From contig NC_068985.1 of NCBI RefSeq assembly GCF_001194135.2, positions 118,885,975 through 118,949,974 on the forward strand: DNA of 64,000 nt, in the 5' to 3' direction. A model generated the notes under the pieces. That model was not told the DNA's origin. It made no database searches and saw nothing but the letters and a program-made list of their open reading frames with translations. The position numbers and the translations under genes are program-made. Source of the DNA: Octopus bimaculoides (lineage: Eukaryota). Positions within the stretch are counted from its first letter, which is position 1, and the number at the start of each line of letters is the position of its first letter. Below, one piece after another: positions 37,285 through 50,134 of this stretch.

Positions 37285-37500
37285 ATAATTCATAATATTC
37301 TTTTCCACTCTAGGCACAAGGCCCGAAATTTTTGTGTGGAGAAGGCCCCAGTATGCAACTGGTACTTAATTTATCGACCCTGAAAGGATGAAAGGCAAAG
37401 TTGACCTCGGCAGAATTTGAACTCAGAATGTAAAGACAGACGAAATACTGCTAAGCATTTCATCCAGTATGCTAACGTGCCTGCCAGCTCGTCGCCTAAT
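37285..37500 (-). mobile_element. SINE family B copy
   Basis: Reverse complement of the full B head and body (GCCAGCTCGTCGCCT at about 37482-37497). Confidence 0.8.
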
Positions 37501-37689
37501 AATTCATAATATCACCATAGTACAAAGTGCCCAAGCTTTCTGATCCATAATCTTTATAATACAAGAGTATACAAACTTAGACAAACCTATGATATTCATG
37601 AAAAAATTTTAAATTTCATATAACACCTCTAAAGGTACAGCTGCTTGACTTGCAAAGAACAACAAGTAAATCACTCTCAAATCACACTT

Positions 37690-38010
37690 CATCATCATCA
37701 TTTAATGTCCATTGTCCATGTTGGCATGGGTTGGACGGTTTGACCAGAGTTGGCAAACTGGGGAGTTGCACCAGACTCCAGTCTGATTTGGCATGGTTTC
37801 TACAGCTGGATGCCTTTCCCAATGCTAACCACTTTACAGAGAGTGCTGGGTGCTTTTATGTGGCACCGCACAGGCGTTTTTATATGGCACTGGTTTCCTA
37901 GTGGAACCTAGTGCATCCCTTTCGCTTACCAGTTCCAGCCAAACTGTCTAACCCATGCCAGCATGGAAAGTGGACGTTAAATAATGATGATGATGATGAT
38001 GATGATGATG
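37690..38010. mobile_element. Two family C copies head-to-head (minus 37690-37890, plus 37905-38010)
   Basis: (CAT)n tail on the left and (GAT)n tail on the right; about 85-bp arms are mutually complementary. Confidence 0.75.
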
Positions 38011-38867
38011 ATGGGCTTCTTTCAATTTACTTCTACCAAATTCACTCACAATGCTCTGGTCAGCCCGAGGCTATAATAGAAGACACTTGCTCAATGTGCT
38101 ATGCAGTGGGACTGAACCTGGAATCATGTGGTTGGGAAGCAGGCTTCTTACCACACAGCCTGCATCTATACACACACACACACACATGTATGTATGTATG
38201 TCTTTGTCTTGATATTGTATGCTAATTGTGAACAAATATCAGTGTCATACCTGCAATGTTGTCTGTTTGTAATCTGTTAAATCATGTCCAATCATTTGGC
38301 TGTTTCATGTACAAAGAAGGTAAATATGAGCTTACTTGGAAAAAGTGTCCAGCCATAGAAAATCTACCTGAATGAATTTCATCTGATCCAAACAAGTATG
38401 GAAGAGTGGGCATTAAAATGACGATGATGATGATAAAATATTTTTTAAACAATATTTTAATAAGAATAATTTCCTACCATACCACTTATGTTAATAGAGG
38501 ATTTTTTTTTTTTTTTTTTTTAACCACTTTTGAANNNNNNNNNNAGAATGTCCTTAATGAATTTTATATGTGGAGACTTTAAAAGAATTAACTAAGAATT
38601 TCCTTTTAACACTGTTATTTAAATATTGCTATTATTTTAACTGCAACACCAACAACCACTGTGCCAATAATAATAAAAACGAAGAATAAACACCAAAAGA
38701 ATGTAGAAAATAAACAGAAAAACAAGCATGAAAAACAAAAACAAAATAATTCATTGAGATTCAATGACATCTGTAGCTTCAAGGAAATTTTTGAGTATTT
38801 GTTGAGTGTGTTTCATAATTTAAATTGTTCATTATCATTATTATTATATCATCATTATATTGTTACT

Positions 38868-39100
38868 GAAGGTGGTGACCTGGTAGAATCGTTAGTGTGT
38901 TGGACAAAATGTTTAGCTGCATTTCTTCTGAAATTTTATGATTTGAGGTCAAATCCCACCAAGGTCAACTTTGTCTTTCATCCCTTTTGGGTTAATAAAA
39001 TAAAGTATTAGTCAAGCACTGGAGTTGCTGCAATGAACTTGCCCCCGTTCCCTTCAAAGCTGCTGGCCTTGTGCCAAGATTAGAAAGAATTATTATATCA
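38868..39100 (+). mobile_element. SINE family B copy
   Basis: GAAGGTGGTGACCTGGTAGAATCGTTAG...GGTCAACTTTGTCTTTCATCC. Confidence 0.75.
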
Positions 39101-39134
39101 TTACTGATTGTTATTTACATTATGTCAGTAACAT

Positions 39135-39345
39135 GTAAAAGGCACCTGTGCTGGTGGCACGTAGAAAGCATCCACTGCACTCTGCGAAGTGGTTGGTATT
39201 AGGAAGGGCATCTAGCCATAGAAACCAAGCCAAAACTGACTGGAGCCTGCTACAGCTCTCCAGCTTACTAGTTCTGGTCAGACCATCTAACTCATGCCAA
39301 CATGGAAAACAGACGCTAAGTGATGATGATGATGATGATGACTAT
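39135..39345 (+). mobile_element. Family C copy
   Basis: GTGCTGGTGGCACGTAGAAAGCA...GACGCTAAGTGATGATG. Confidence 0.75.
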
Positions 39346-39559
39346 AAGAAGAGTAACAAAGGCAGTGAGCTGGCAGGGTTAATGAACTGAGGCTCTCACC
39401 TCAAAACTGCAGGCCTTTTGTCTAAATTTGAAACAATTATTATTACATTTAAACAATATTTAATTGCAAACTTCTACAGTCTGAGTTCAAATTATACCTA
39501 ATTTGACTTTGCATTTTGTCTGGCATGGTAATGAGTTTGTTAGTTTGCCACCTTCAACC

Positions 39560-39574
<15 letters not shown>

Positions 39575-39597
<23 letters not shown>

Positions 39598-39800
39598 CTC
39601 TTCTACTATAGGCACAAGGCTTCAAATTTTGGGGGTGGGGGACAGTCAATTACATTGATTCCAGTGCATGACTGGTACTTATTTCATCATCTCCAAAAGG
39701 ACGAAAGACAAAGTCGACCTTGGTGGAATTTGAACTCAGATCGGAGTGACAGGCAAAATACTGCTAAGCATATCATCCAGCGTGTTAACCATTCTGCCGA
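39575..39800 (-). mobile_element. SINE family B copy
   Basis: Reverse complement of the B body with an (AAT)n tail. Confidence 0.75.
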
Positions 39801-39804
39801 ACGA

Positions 39805-40121
39805 TTAGCCGGAGACGATTTTTAAAATGAGAATATCTGAAATAAACTTGACTGCTCTCACAAACGAGAATACTAAAAATGAACCCAACTGCTTTCAAAA
39901 ATTCGTTAAAAAAAACAGAAAAATAATCCAGAATTCTTGTCTGGTACTGGATTGATCCCAAGATCTAATCAGTTCATGCCAGTCACGAGGCCAAACACTC
40001 CTGAAAGTTTCATCCAAATCCATCCAGCAGTTCTTGAGATATCTTGTCCACGGACAAACAAAACAAACAATCAAACACAACTGAAAACAATACCTCCGCT
40101 TTCGCTAAAGCAGAGGTAATA
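39805..40121 (-). mobile_element. Helentron/DINE-1-like non-autonomous element
   Basis: Terminal hairpin ACCTCCGCTTT-CGCT-AAAGCAGAGGT (40092-40117), adjacent GAAAACAAT, a (CAAA)n tract, and the block AAGTTTCATCCAAATCCATCCAGCAGTTCTTGAGATATC typical of this class. Confidence 0.7.
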
Positions 40122-40924
40122 ATAACTGGAGAAACCACAGCTACTACTGTGATAGATGATGATACCTTGCAGCTGAATGAAATTTAAAAAAAAAAACAAA
40201 AAAAACCCCCCCAAAACAACAGAATTTTAGGAAAAAAGTATTTGTATCAATTCTCATTGTGAAATGCCTTTGAAATCATCTTTGAAAGAAGCTCTTCCAT
40301 CAATAAAAACAGTGAAGTAGTTAAATTTCGGGAATCCTTTAAGAAAAGAAAGAATTTTTTATTCTTTGTTTATTCAAGCTTCACATATCTCATTTGCTCA
40401 ACAGTTCAATTTCTAAAAGCATTAACGATGACCGTTGTTGATGAAACAATATCATACTAAAGAAATTCTTTTATAATAACTGAAATACTGAAATGCTTTC
40501 TTTTGTTGTTTTTCTCAGTTTTTCTACTTTTTTTCCTTTGTGTAATTTAAGACATTTCAAACGAAGAATTCATTTTTAGTNNNNNNNNNNCTCAATCAAC
40601 CTGATGACAACATAAAAACAACAACAACCATGTAAACAATTCTATGAGTTATCTGGCTTATATGATTATGATTGGATAATGATGAAGTTAATCCTCTTTA
40701 AGAAAATGCAATGGCAAACAGATCAGATAATTTATCTCCAGTGAATATAGAGAAAACAGTGGTTATGGGTTAGTGTATTGAACAACTAACTCATATGTCT
40801 TATGTTCAAATCCCGATATCTATCTATCTATCTATATATATTGTGTATGTATGTACGTATGTATATATGTATGTATGTATATATATATGTATGTATGTAT
40901 GTATATATATATATATATATATAT

Positions 40925-41072
40925 ACGCCAACCACTCTCTGAGTGGTTGGCGTTAGGAAGGGCATCCAGCTGTAGAAACTCTGCCAAATCAGACTGGAGC
41001 CTGGTGTTGCCATCCGGTTTCACCAGTCCTCAGTCAAATCGTCCAACCCATGCTAGCATGGAAAGCGGACGT
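40925..41072 (+). mobile_element. Family C copy, young subfamily; tail in gap
   Basis: Near-identical to the reverse complement of 63800-63960. Confidence 0.85.
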
Positions 41073-41338
41073 NNNNNNNNNNNNNNNNNNNNNNNNNNNN
41101 NNNNNNNNNNNNNNNNNNNNNNNNNNNNNNNNNNNNNNNNNNNNNNNNNNNNNNNNNNNNNNNNNNNNNNNNNNNNNNNNNNNNNNNNNNNNNNNNNNNN
41201 NNNNNNNNNNNNNNNNNNNNNNNNNNNNNNNNNNNNNNNNNNNNNNNNNNNNNNNNNNNNNNNNNNNNNNNNNNNNNNNNNNNNNNNNNNNNNNNNNNNN
41301 NNNNNNNNNNNNNNNNNNNNNNNNNNNNNNNNNTATAT

Positions 41339-41374
<36 letters not shown>

Positions 41375-41460
41375 GTACACACAAACACATACACATACAT
41401 ATATGAATATGCCAGTTATATATAAAATCTATACATTTATATATATACATGTATATATTT

Positions 41461-41593
41461 AGATAAATATAGTTATGGCGGGTTTATAGGGTTACCGGCC
41501 ATTAGGGTCTGACACAAGACGTATGTAAAGCCAAGCACTCTATAATGCAAAACCCTGGGTAATGCTATGAACTGGCCATGACTATCTTTATCT
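41461..41593. mobile_element. Short MITE-like element with about 36-bp imperfect TIRs in a (TA)-rich site
   Basis: AGATAAATATAGTTATGGCGGGTTTATAGGGTTACC compared with the rc of the right end, AGATAAAGATAGTCATGGCCAGTTCATAGCATTACC. Confidence 0.55.
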
Positions 41594-41964
41594 ATATATT
41601 CTGCTGCTCTATAACTTAGAGTGTACTTCTCTTTCAGATTTATTATTTACCATTGGTTTCATGTTAAGAAAAGTAGGAGAATATCCTAGTGTCTTAACAA
41701 TTTTTCAAGCCGATCACATGGAGGAAAGTGTTCGCCTCCATTTTGGAAAACAGTCTTGCTTTGTTCACCAACCATGATCTCTATCCAAATAAGGTATTAT
41801 TTCCCCATGACCAAAGATGCTCATAAAATAAGAATATTGGAAACAAAGGATACCACTTGCATGACAGTGACACTTGTTTACAACTATCACATGATATCAA
41901 GGCAAGGAGTCAGTAACACACATACAGAAATGCACATATATATATATATATACACATACATACT

Positions 41965-42245
41965 GGCTTATGATTGTATGGTTGTGAGTTCAATTCCTGG
42001 CAATGCATTATGCCCTTGAACCAGACTCTTTATTTTACATTACTCCAGTCCACTCAGCTGTCAAAAATTAGTAGTGCCCGTACTTCAAAAGCCCAGCCTT
42101 GTCACATTCAGTGTCATGTTGAATCTCCCTGAGAACTACGTTAAAGGTACATGTGTCTGTGGTGTGCTTAGCCACTTGCATGTTAATTTCACATGTAGAT
42201 TGTTCCATTGATCGGACCAACCGGAATCCTTGTTGTCATATCCAA
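41965..42245 (+). mobile_element. SINE family E copy
   Basis: GAGTTCAATTCCTGGCAATGCATTATGCCCTTGAAC...GAGAACTACGTTAAAGGTAC. Confidence 0.75.
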
Positions 42246-43224
42246 TGGAAAATACATAATTATACACCAAGCATCTTTCAGTTTCTGTTGCACAAATCTA
42301 CTCACAAGGCTTTGGTCAGCCTGGGGCTGTAGTAAAAGACACTTGCTCAAGGGACCATGCAGTGGGACTGAACCTAGAACCATATGGTTGGTAAACTAAC
42401 TTCTTACCACACAGCCATGTCTGTGCCTAACCACACAATACATCTCGTTCTTAGTGTCTCGTTTTATCTTTCCCTCAGAAATAGATATGAGATGCTCTGG
42501 GTTGCTGTCATTGTTGGTTTTTATGGCTTATTCACAGGAGAATGGGTTACGCCCATGACCTTCTTCAGAACCTCTGGGACAAGTGGAAGGAAGTTATCTT
42601 CAGGCTAGAGACCTGGTCTGACTACTTTCAACAGAGCTGTTGCCACTAAAGGTACCCAAGAATTGCATGACAGTGTAAAAAGAAAGCAATGAATTAAATT
42701 TAAATCTACCACTCCCAAAATAAGAGTGGACCTTTCCACTGGCTCTCAGACAGTTTCCTTCTACAAAATTTCACTCAGAGAGATGTTTGCTCAAGGTGCC
42801 ATATGGTAGGATTGAACCTGAAAACACAGAGTTGTAAAGTGCACTTCGTAAGCACACAACCATGTCTACCCTTGTTACTTGAGAAAGACTGGCACCCTAT
42901 TAGGAATGGTTCATATTTCAACAAATTACTACCAAAAATAAGATCGAAGTACAGGGCCTTTGGAGAATTTACATTACATTACATTTAATCCTCTCCAGTT
43001 ATGTGTGCATGCATGCGTGTGTGTGTGTGTGTGTGTGTGTAGTGGCTCATGTTTCAAGTGATTAACACCAAAAGCAAGAATGAAGCATAGAGCATTAAGT
43101 CATCTCTAGTAGTGTGTAGATGTATGTGAGGAGAGAGAGAGAGAGATAGATAGAGAGAGATAGATAGATAGAGATAGATAGATAGAGAGAGAGAGAAAGA
43201 GACAGAGGTTATCAGGGGTGAAGT

Positions 43225-43450
43225 TTAAGAATAATCTTTTCTAGTGTAAGCACAAGGTTTGAAATTTTGGGGAGGGGGTAAGTCAATCATATCGACTCCA
43301 GTACTTCACTGGTACTTAATTTATCGACCCCAAAAGGATGAAAGGCAAAGTCGACCTTGGCGGAATTTGAATTCAGAATGTAAAGATAGACGAAATGTTG
43401 TTAAGCATCGAGCCTAGCATGCTAGCAATTCTGCCAGCTTGCTACCTTTG
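43225..43450 (-). mobile_element. SINE family B copy
   Basis: GGATGAAAGGCAAAGTCGACCTTGGCGGAATTTGAATTCAGAATG. Confidence 0.8.
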
Positions 43451-44149
43451 TGTTAGAATAAATAATCAAAAGAAGTTAAATGAAATGCTGAAAGAATTAA
43501 TCCAGCTTTAGAATGAAAATCTAAATTCTTAGGAGATAACATGGCTCCTCCATTTCTATAAGATTAGAAAGTTACACTGACTTTTGTTATGTAGCATACA
43601 ACATCACAGTCTGGCAGTCTTTTACTAGGGACTATGATTATATAGGTGGGCACACTTACACACTAAATACACTTGATTTTTGTCATGAAGAATTTTCCTT
43701 AGGACAACAGACTTCATTTTGTTGTGTCTAGGTCACCGAGAAGGTTGCAAGAAGCAAAAAAGAACTTTGATAATCAAAAACATAACAATCAGATATTTAA
43801 TAAATGAATGGATTTGAACCACTGTGTATGTTAATTATATTGGCATAATGACTCTCCCTAGACACAACAAAATTTGTTTCAACACACAAATTCACATAAA
43901 GAATCTTGCAAACCAGATACAAAAACAGTCCCCATTGCTAACGAGCAGCTGCTTTTGGCAATTGAGTGGAAAGTATTCCAGTAGCTTTGATTGGATCCAA
44001 GAACCAACCAGACTAATGTTAATGTGTGTTGAGCAGTGGTCAGACAATCTGGTACATGCAAAGACAGTTATGGTCTGCTAGAGGTGGAGGAGAGAAAGGG
44101 GTGAAGGACATCTTGAATGCCCATATGTCAGTCAGGGATGCATGTAGAG

Positions 44150-44443
44150 CAGGGATTCCCAGACTTTTCCAGGTTGCCACTCTCTTTGGCATCCAGGCCA
44201 CATTTCTAGTGCACCCCACCATCCTACTGACCATCACAACCACAGACTACTTTCTGTAGCAAATTCAGAGCAACTGTATTTCACAAATAAAACTTAACCC
44301 AATTAGCCCATTATTTTGCTTTTTATTTTTTACATCCAGTCTCTTTTTGGCCACCCCATTATTGCCTCACTTTTCTTCAATGCCCACTGAATCTTTCCAC
44401 CACCCCACCAAGGGGGCAGTACCACCAAATTTGGGAACCACTG
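44150..44443. mobile_element. hAT-superfamily MITE
   Basis: TIRs CAGGGATTCCCA / TGGGAACCACTG; 8-bp TSD ATGTAGAG / ATGTAGAA. Confidence 0.8.
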
Positions 44444-45167
44444 ATGTAGAAGATGAAACTAGTTAATAATGACAGATACAGATCGCAAAAGATTCAGTTT
44501 CTGCACAGGTAACATCAAAGGTGAGTCTGAGAGCTAAAGAGAGTAACAAACCTGCACAGGTAGCATCAAAGGTAAGTCTGAGAGCTAAGGAGAGTAACGA
44601 ACAATGAAGTCACTGATAGTTAATAGAATGCCTGTCTTTCTTTTTTGAAAGCCCTGAAGTGATAGAATCCTTCTCTTCTTGGAAAATGACAAATGTGTAC
44701 GTTCCTTTAGTTCCCAAACACAAAATATAAAATCTTTACTTTAACTAATTAAAAATACAAGTTTACACATAAATCTTAAAAATAGATAACAGAAAGGGAA
44801 GAAATTTTTGATGAAAGAACAAATATAGAAATATAGGAATGAAAAAAATAAAACATTTGATTAATTTTAATTAAATTTCACATAATTATAATAATCTAAA
44901 TATAAAAACAAGCTCTTGTTTGTATTGTTTTGTTTGAAAATATTAAGAAATTTGCAAGTGTACTAGCATTTATTTATGTATCATTATCATTCTTTCCTTT
45001 TTTAAATTATGGCAATATTTCCTTAAAGGTCATGACGACCTGCATGTAAATAGCTTACATGTCACACTTCATGAACTATATATACTCGTATATTTGTGAA
45101 TGTAAGAGAAGTGCACACACACACACACACGTGCACACACACGCACACACACACACACGCACACAAA

Positions 45168-45394
45168 AGGTTGGCCAAAAGTCACCTGACAGTAAATCAA
45201 AATTTCATAAAAACTGTCTGTAATTCTGTATTGACTCAAATGGAAAAATGTGTTACTCAAGAAGGACTTCAGTTTGAACGATTTTCATGATGTTTCATAT
45301 TCAGATGCTTTTATTAAATTCATTCAGTTGTTAAGCATAAATCTTGGAATTAAATGGTTTTGATTTACTGTCAGATGACTTTTGGTCAACCCTG
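45168..45394 (+). mobile_element. Tc1/mariner deletion derivative (MITE) keeping a transposase C-terminal remnant
   Basis: About 35-bp TIRs GGTTGGCCAAAAGTCACCTGACAGTAAATCAAAA / TTTTGATTTACTGTCAGATGACTTTTGGTCAACCCTG|TA; internal VCNSVLTQMEKCVTQEGLQFERFS*. Confidence 0.8.
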
Positions 45395-45672
45395 TATATA
45401 TTAGAGGAACAAGAACAACAAAACCAAGGAAGGACAAGTATCTCAGGACGAGTACATTCAAAATACTACCTAGATTTACCTAGGAATATACTTAAGGCCC
45501 TATACTGTCACATAAGTATAGGCCAACCTCCATACCCTCTGGAAGTTGATGACGTGTGAATTTTATTCTCCTGTCTGTATTCTGGCTGTTTTACTCATTA
45601 TTCTTCTCTCCACTATTTTATTCCTTTATAAACTGTGAATTCCATGTCTAGAACTTTCATACATACTCACCT

Positions 45673-45749
45673 TGTCTCTGATGACGGAATACCCAGTGTA
45701 TGGATATCAAAACTATCACTTGGGATATCCCAGAAACAGCTGGAAGACA
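45673..45749 (+). ncRNA. Type I hammerhead ribozyme motif with mutated cleavage triplet (GGA)
   Basis: TGTCT-CTGATGA-CGGAATACCCAGTG-[18 nt]-CACTTGGGATATCCCA-GAAAC-AGCT-GGA-AGACA. Stem I is 5 bp; stem III would be the palindrome ACAGCTG(T). Confidence 0.75.
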
Positions 45750-46017
45750 TCCAATAAATAATTAATTAACTAATTAATGAGTTAATTACTTCAAATCCAC
45801 CTTACTCTAATTAATTAAATATTCTAAATGACTTGAGATACTCATCCTGCCTTGATTTTGTTGCCCTTTTTCCTCTAATATATACCAGCTAACTCAGAAA
45901 TCTACTACAGATCCCTAGCTCCTGCCTCAGCTGTGAACTTCAAACCTAATGCTTGACCAGTTATCGCACTTACAAACTGTACCTATTCATTTGGATCACC
46001 AGTGAGATAAACCCCTC

Positions 46018-46064
<47 letters not shown>

Positions 46065-46074
46065 NNNNNNNNNN

Positions 46075-46115
<41 letters not shown>

Positions 46116-46344
46116 TATTATCATAATTATTATATATTATTATATATTATCATAATTATATATATATATAAATATATATAGACATATATACATACATACA
46201 CATATATAAATACACACACACACACACACATACACACACACACGTGTGTGTGTGTGTGTATTTATACATGTGTATGTATGTATATTTGTCTATGTATATT
46301 CAATAAAGGCAACAACACAACAGAAAGTGCAAGGAATATCAATG

Positions 46345-47270
46345 CAGTATATGAGGATTGGACAATAAGCGTGAGCCAGTGTCTCCAGAAATTCTGAGCT
46401 GGAAACTACAGCCTAGAAGATGAGCCTCTTCCTGGAAGAACTGTAGAGCTTGACAAGGATGTCCTGCAAACCCTGGTGGAACAAAATCCCATCGTAACTG
46501 TTGAGGGACTAGCAGAGAAGCTTGGATTTGGTCATTCAACCATTTAGCTACACCTACGTGCTATTGGAAAAGTCAACAATTGGATCAATGAGTTCCTCAC
46601 AAACTTTCTGAGTTTAATCGTATACAAAGAGTGAATGTGTGCTTTTCTTTGCTGTCACATCTATGAATGAACCTTTTTTAGACTGAATAGTGACTGGTGA
46701 CAAGAAATGGGTTCTCTATAAAAATGTCAAGTGCCAAAGACAGTGGCTAGGGAAAGGAGAAATACCGTCATCCCAGGTTAAAGAAGGTCTTCACCCACAT
46801 AAGGTGTTGTTATCTGTTTGGTGGGATATGAAAGGTTTAGTCCACTTTGAACTTTTAAACTCAAATCAAATGATAACAAAGGCGATCTACTGCGAGTTGC
46901 TTGAGCAGCTTAACTCAGCGAAAGAAGAAAAACAACTGTCTTTAATTTAAAGACGAAAGGTTTTCTTCCATCAGGATAATACTCAGCCCATACAGTGTGG
47001 ATGACATTCCAAAGGCTGAAGCAGTTTGAATGGGAAATGATGCCCCACCCACTATATTCATCGAACATTGCTCCATTTGACTATCATTTATTCTGCAGTC
47101 TTTAAAATCATTTGGACGGCAAAAATATGAATTCTATAGACAAGGTCAGTTCTTGAGTTCTGGAGGAGCATTTTTCATCACAGACAAGTGAAGTTTGGAA
47201 GAGGGGCCTTGCAAGTCTACCAGATATATGGAAGAGCATTGTAGAAAATGAAGGAGAGTATATTTTGTAG
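46345..47270 (+). mobile_element. Decayed mariner (DD34D) transposase pseudogene
   Basis: SLEDEP.PGR...*VPHKLSE...IVTGDKKWVLY...LHPHKVLLSVWWDMKGLVHFELL...HQDN..(34 aa)..PHPLYSSNIAPFDYHLF...WKRGLASLPDIWKSIVENEGEYIL*. There are multiple stops and frameshifts, and no TIR was found. Confidence 0.93.
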
Positions 47271-47574
47271 AGTCTAGAGAGAAATGAATACAAAATCATA
47301 AGTTGGGTATATAAAAATTAACATGATGGTTTTTGTCAGGGAAAGAAAGGTAGTGCCCAAGACTCTCTTCAGGGCCTCCAAGACTTGCAGAAAAGAAGAA
47401 AGGAAGGAAATAAATAAGGAAGAAAGTAGAGAAGGAAAGAAGTTATCCTTTAACCATAGACTTTGTCCAAATGCTTACAATAGTGTGATCCCCCTCATGA
47501 TCAGGTGGTAGCATTAAACTGGGCGAAGAATTAAGTCAAATGCACATGATAGACATATGATTTATGATCCTTTC

Positions 47575-47790
47575 TATGATTGGCACAAAGTCTGAAATTT
47601 TGGGAGAAAGGGCCAGTTGATTACATTGACCCCCAATAATGAACTGGTACATATTTCATTGGTCTCACCAAAAGGATGAAAGGCAATGATGACCTTGGCA
47701 AAATGTGGACTCAGAACATAAAGCTGGAGGAAATGCTGCAAGTCATTTTGTCTGGTGCAGCAACAACTATGCCAGCTCACCATCTTAGGT
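47575..47790 (-). mobile_element. SINE family B copy
   Basis: Reverse complement of the B body. Confidence 0.7.
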
Positions 47791-48106
47791 AGACATATGA
47801 TTCATAATAACAATGGGTGTTGTTGCAAAAGTATTGCCTACTGACATGAAAAAGCTACTCACAGTAAAGGAACACAACCAGTCCATTAAAATGATGATAA
47901 AGACAATGATAACTTCCATACTTGTAGGGCAGCAGAATTTTATCTTTTGGAATGGTGAAACTCGAAGCAGATAAAGCTATAAATGATAACATGTAAATAT
48001 TGAGTTAAAAACCCTTCAGGTAGAAAAGTTCAAAGGCTTCCTATGTTCTATCCAAATGTTTTTTAACTTAATATTTATATGCTATTATTTGCAGCTTTAT
48101 CTAAGG

Positions 48107-48457
48107 CAAGAGTTCACAACCATTTTTTATCTGTGGACCTCTCTGATTACTATTTTAATCTGGTGCCCTCCACCCAAGCCATTCGATGTTTAAAAACTAG
48201 TTTTGTAGAAATTTCTTTCAAAATTCCTATTTTGTTATCTGCACATTAACTTGAGTAGATTGAACTATGTAAAATGTTAGAGAAAGAAGCCTAGCTTGTT
48301 TCTAGCAATACATACCAATACATATGTCAAAAGCAAAATTTTTTTAGGGGCCCTTAATATACTACTGTAGATTGCTGATTTACTATTTTGTTGTGTGAAC
48401 CTCCAAAAATCTTATATGGGCCCTCAGGGCCATATGTACCCTAGTTGAGAACCACTG
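48107..48457. mobile_element. hAT-superfamily MITE
   Basis: TIRs CAAGAGTTCACAAC / GTTGAGAACCACTG; perfect 8-bp TSD ATCTAAGG at 48099-48106 and 48458-48465. Confidence 0.85.
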
Positions 48458-48459
48458 AT

Positions 48460-48690
48460 CTAAGGCAATGAACTGGCAGAATCATTAGCATGTTAGACAA
48501 AATGCAAAGTGGCATTTCTTCTGCTTTATGTTCTGAGTTTAAATGCTGCTGAAATCGACTTTGCCTATCATTTTTTTAGGGCCAATGAAATAAGTACCAG
48601 CTGAGCACTGGAGTCAATGTAATTGACTAGTCTCCCTTTCCACAAAATTTCAGGCATTATGCCTTTAGCAGAAAGGACTATTTATTGCTT
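48460..48690 (+). mobile_element. SINE family B copy whose extreme 5' end is the target of a hAT MITE
   Basis: TAAGGCAATGAACTGGCAGAATCATTAGC...TCGACTTTGCCTATC. Confidence 0.75.
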
Positions 48691-49628
48691 TATCTGCTTC
48701 AAGTTGTACCATTCCAAAAAAGAATTATTTCACGTTCTCTCAAACTTTCTAAATTCTTATGACTAAATACTTATGATACCAGCAATGGAGATTTATTTAA
48801 TTTCATTTATTTATTTACTCTTCTATTTATGTATTTATTTATTTGCTTATGTATTTATTTGCTTATTCATTTTTTTACTGCCAATTAAATGAAATAGTCT
48901 TTGATATATCAATCACAATGCTAAAAGTTTTCTTTTCATCAGCATGAAATTTATAATTATCCCTCACTGACAACTCTGCATAGATAACTCATGAAACACT
49001 GGTAACAGGAACAGAGACTATCCCTTCACTTACTAAAGGAGGGGGGGAAAATGCACACACACACATACACACATAAAAGTGGGGGAGGGAAACGCAGGTA
49101 AGGAAAACATTCTTGTAGAAGTTGACTGATTGATTCCCATGCATTCTGTTGAAATTTAATCACACCCAAATGAGATTTGTTCAACATAATCACCTGACCA
49201 ACAACAAAAAGCATGGAGAAATTAGGCTATTATTGACTGCAAAGTGCAGCAGTTTGAAATTGGAACAATATGCAGCAGGATATAGATTTTTTTCTTCCCC
49301 TTTATATCAGTGATAAATTTGGTTGTGTAGAAGAATCAATACAGTCCGAGCCATTTTTCTTTTCCTTTTTATTTTTATTCACTTCATTGTTGTTATTATT
49401 ATTATTATTATTGCTATTGTTGTTGTTGATCTTGTTGCTGGTACGGTGATGATGATGATGATGGTAGTGATGATGATGATGGTGATGGTCTTACTATATA
49501 ATTATCAGTAAATAACATAACACAGCCAGCCAACCAAGAGGCGATTAGTGAATAGTATTTACACCTCTTGACTGCAACTTGACAGAACACAGACTCTTCA
49601 TAGACATGCACATATACATACAGAGACA

Positions 49629-49668
<40 letters not shown>

Positions 49669-49676
49669 GCACGCAC

Positions 49677-49724
<48 letters not shown>

Positions 49725-50134
49725 ACACACACATATGTAATGTGAAATCAATAACTTCCTCTTTTGTTCTCACAGACATCAGTCTTGATTTCTTGATTTC
49801 CTATTCGATTTCATCTTACCTCAAACAGAAATCATTGAATTAATACTGTTAGGATTCTTTTAAGAGATTCCTGTGTTTTTCCAGTTAGTTATATAATACA
49901 CTATGTGATATACAAAGTGCAGTGGTATCATACAGGGTTTGTACAGCACACAGTATATCATGGTATAATGGCATTCAGTATTATGTGGTCAAATATATAT
50001 TACAGCTTAATATTATTGTTTAGCCTTGGGTCAGTCCTAACTGAGCTGCCTTTTGATCAAAGATATTTCAGCCATGGCTATCCTGTTTTATTTTTGTAAT
50101 TACATTATCTAATGCACCCTTTAAAAAAAAATAT

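Noticed and set aside
40250-40340. Minus-strand terminal exon (DSRNLTTSLFLLMEELLSKMISKAFHNEN*)
   Set aside because: Only an acceptor-like signal; no homology or linked exons.
42479-42651. Exon between a strong acceptor (tttccctcag) and aag|gtaccc
   Set aside because: No reading frame is open across it. RMGYAHDLLQNLWDKWKEVIFRLETWSDY looks protein-like, but I cannot assign it.
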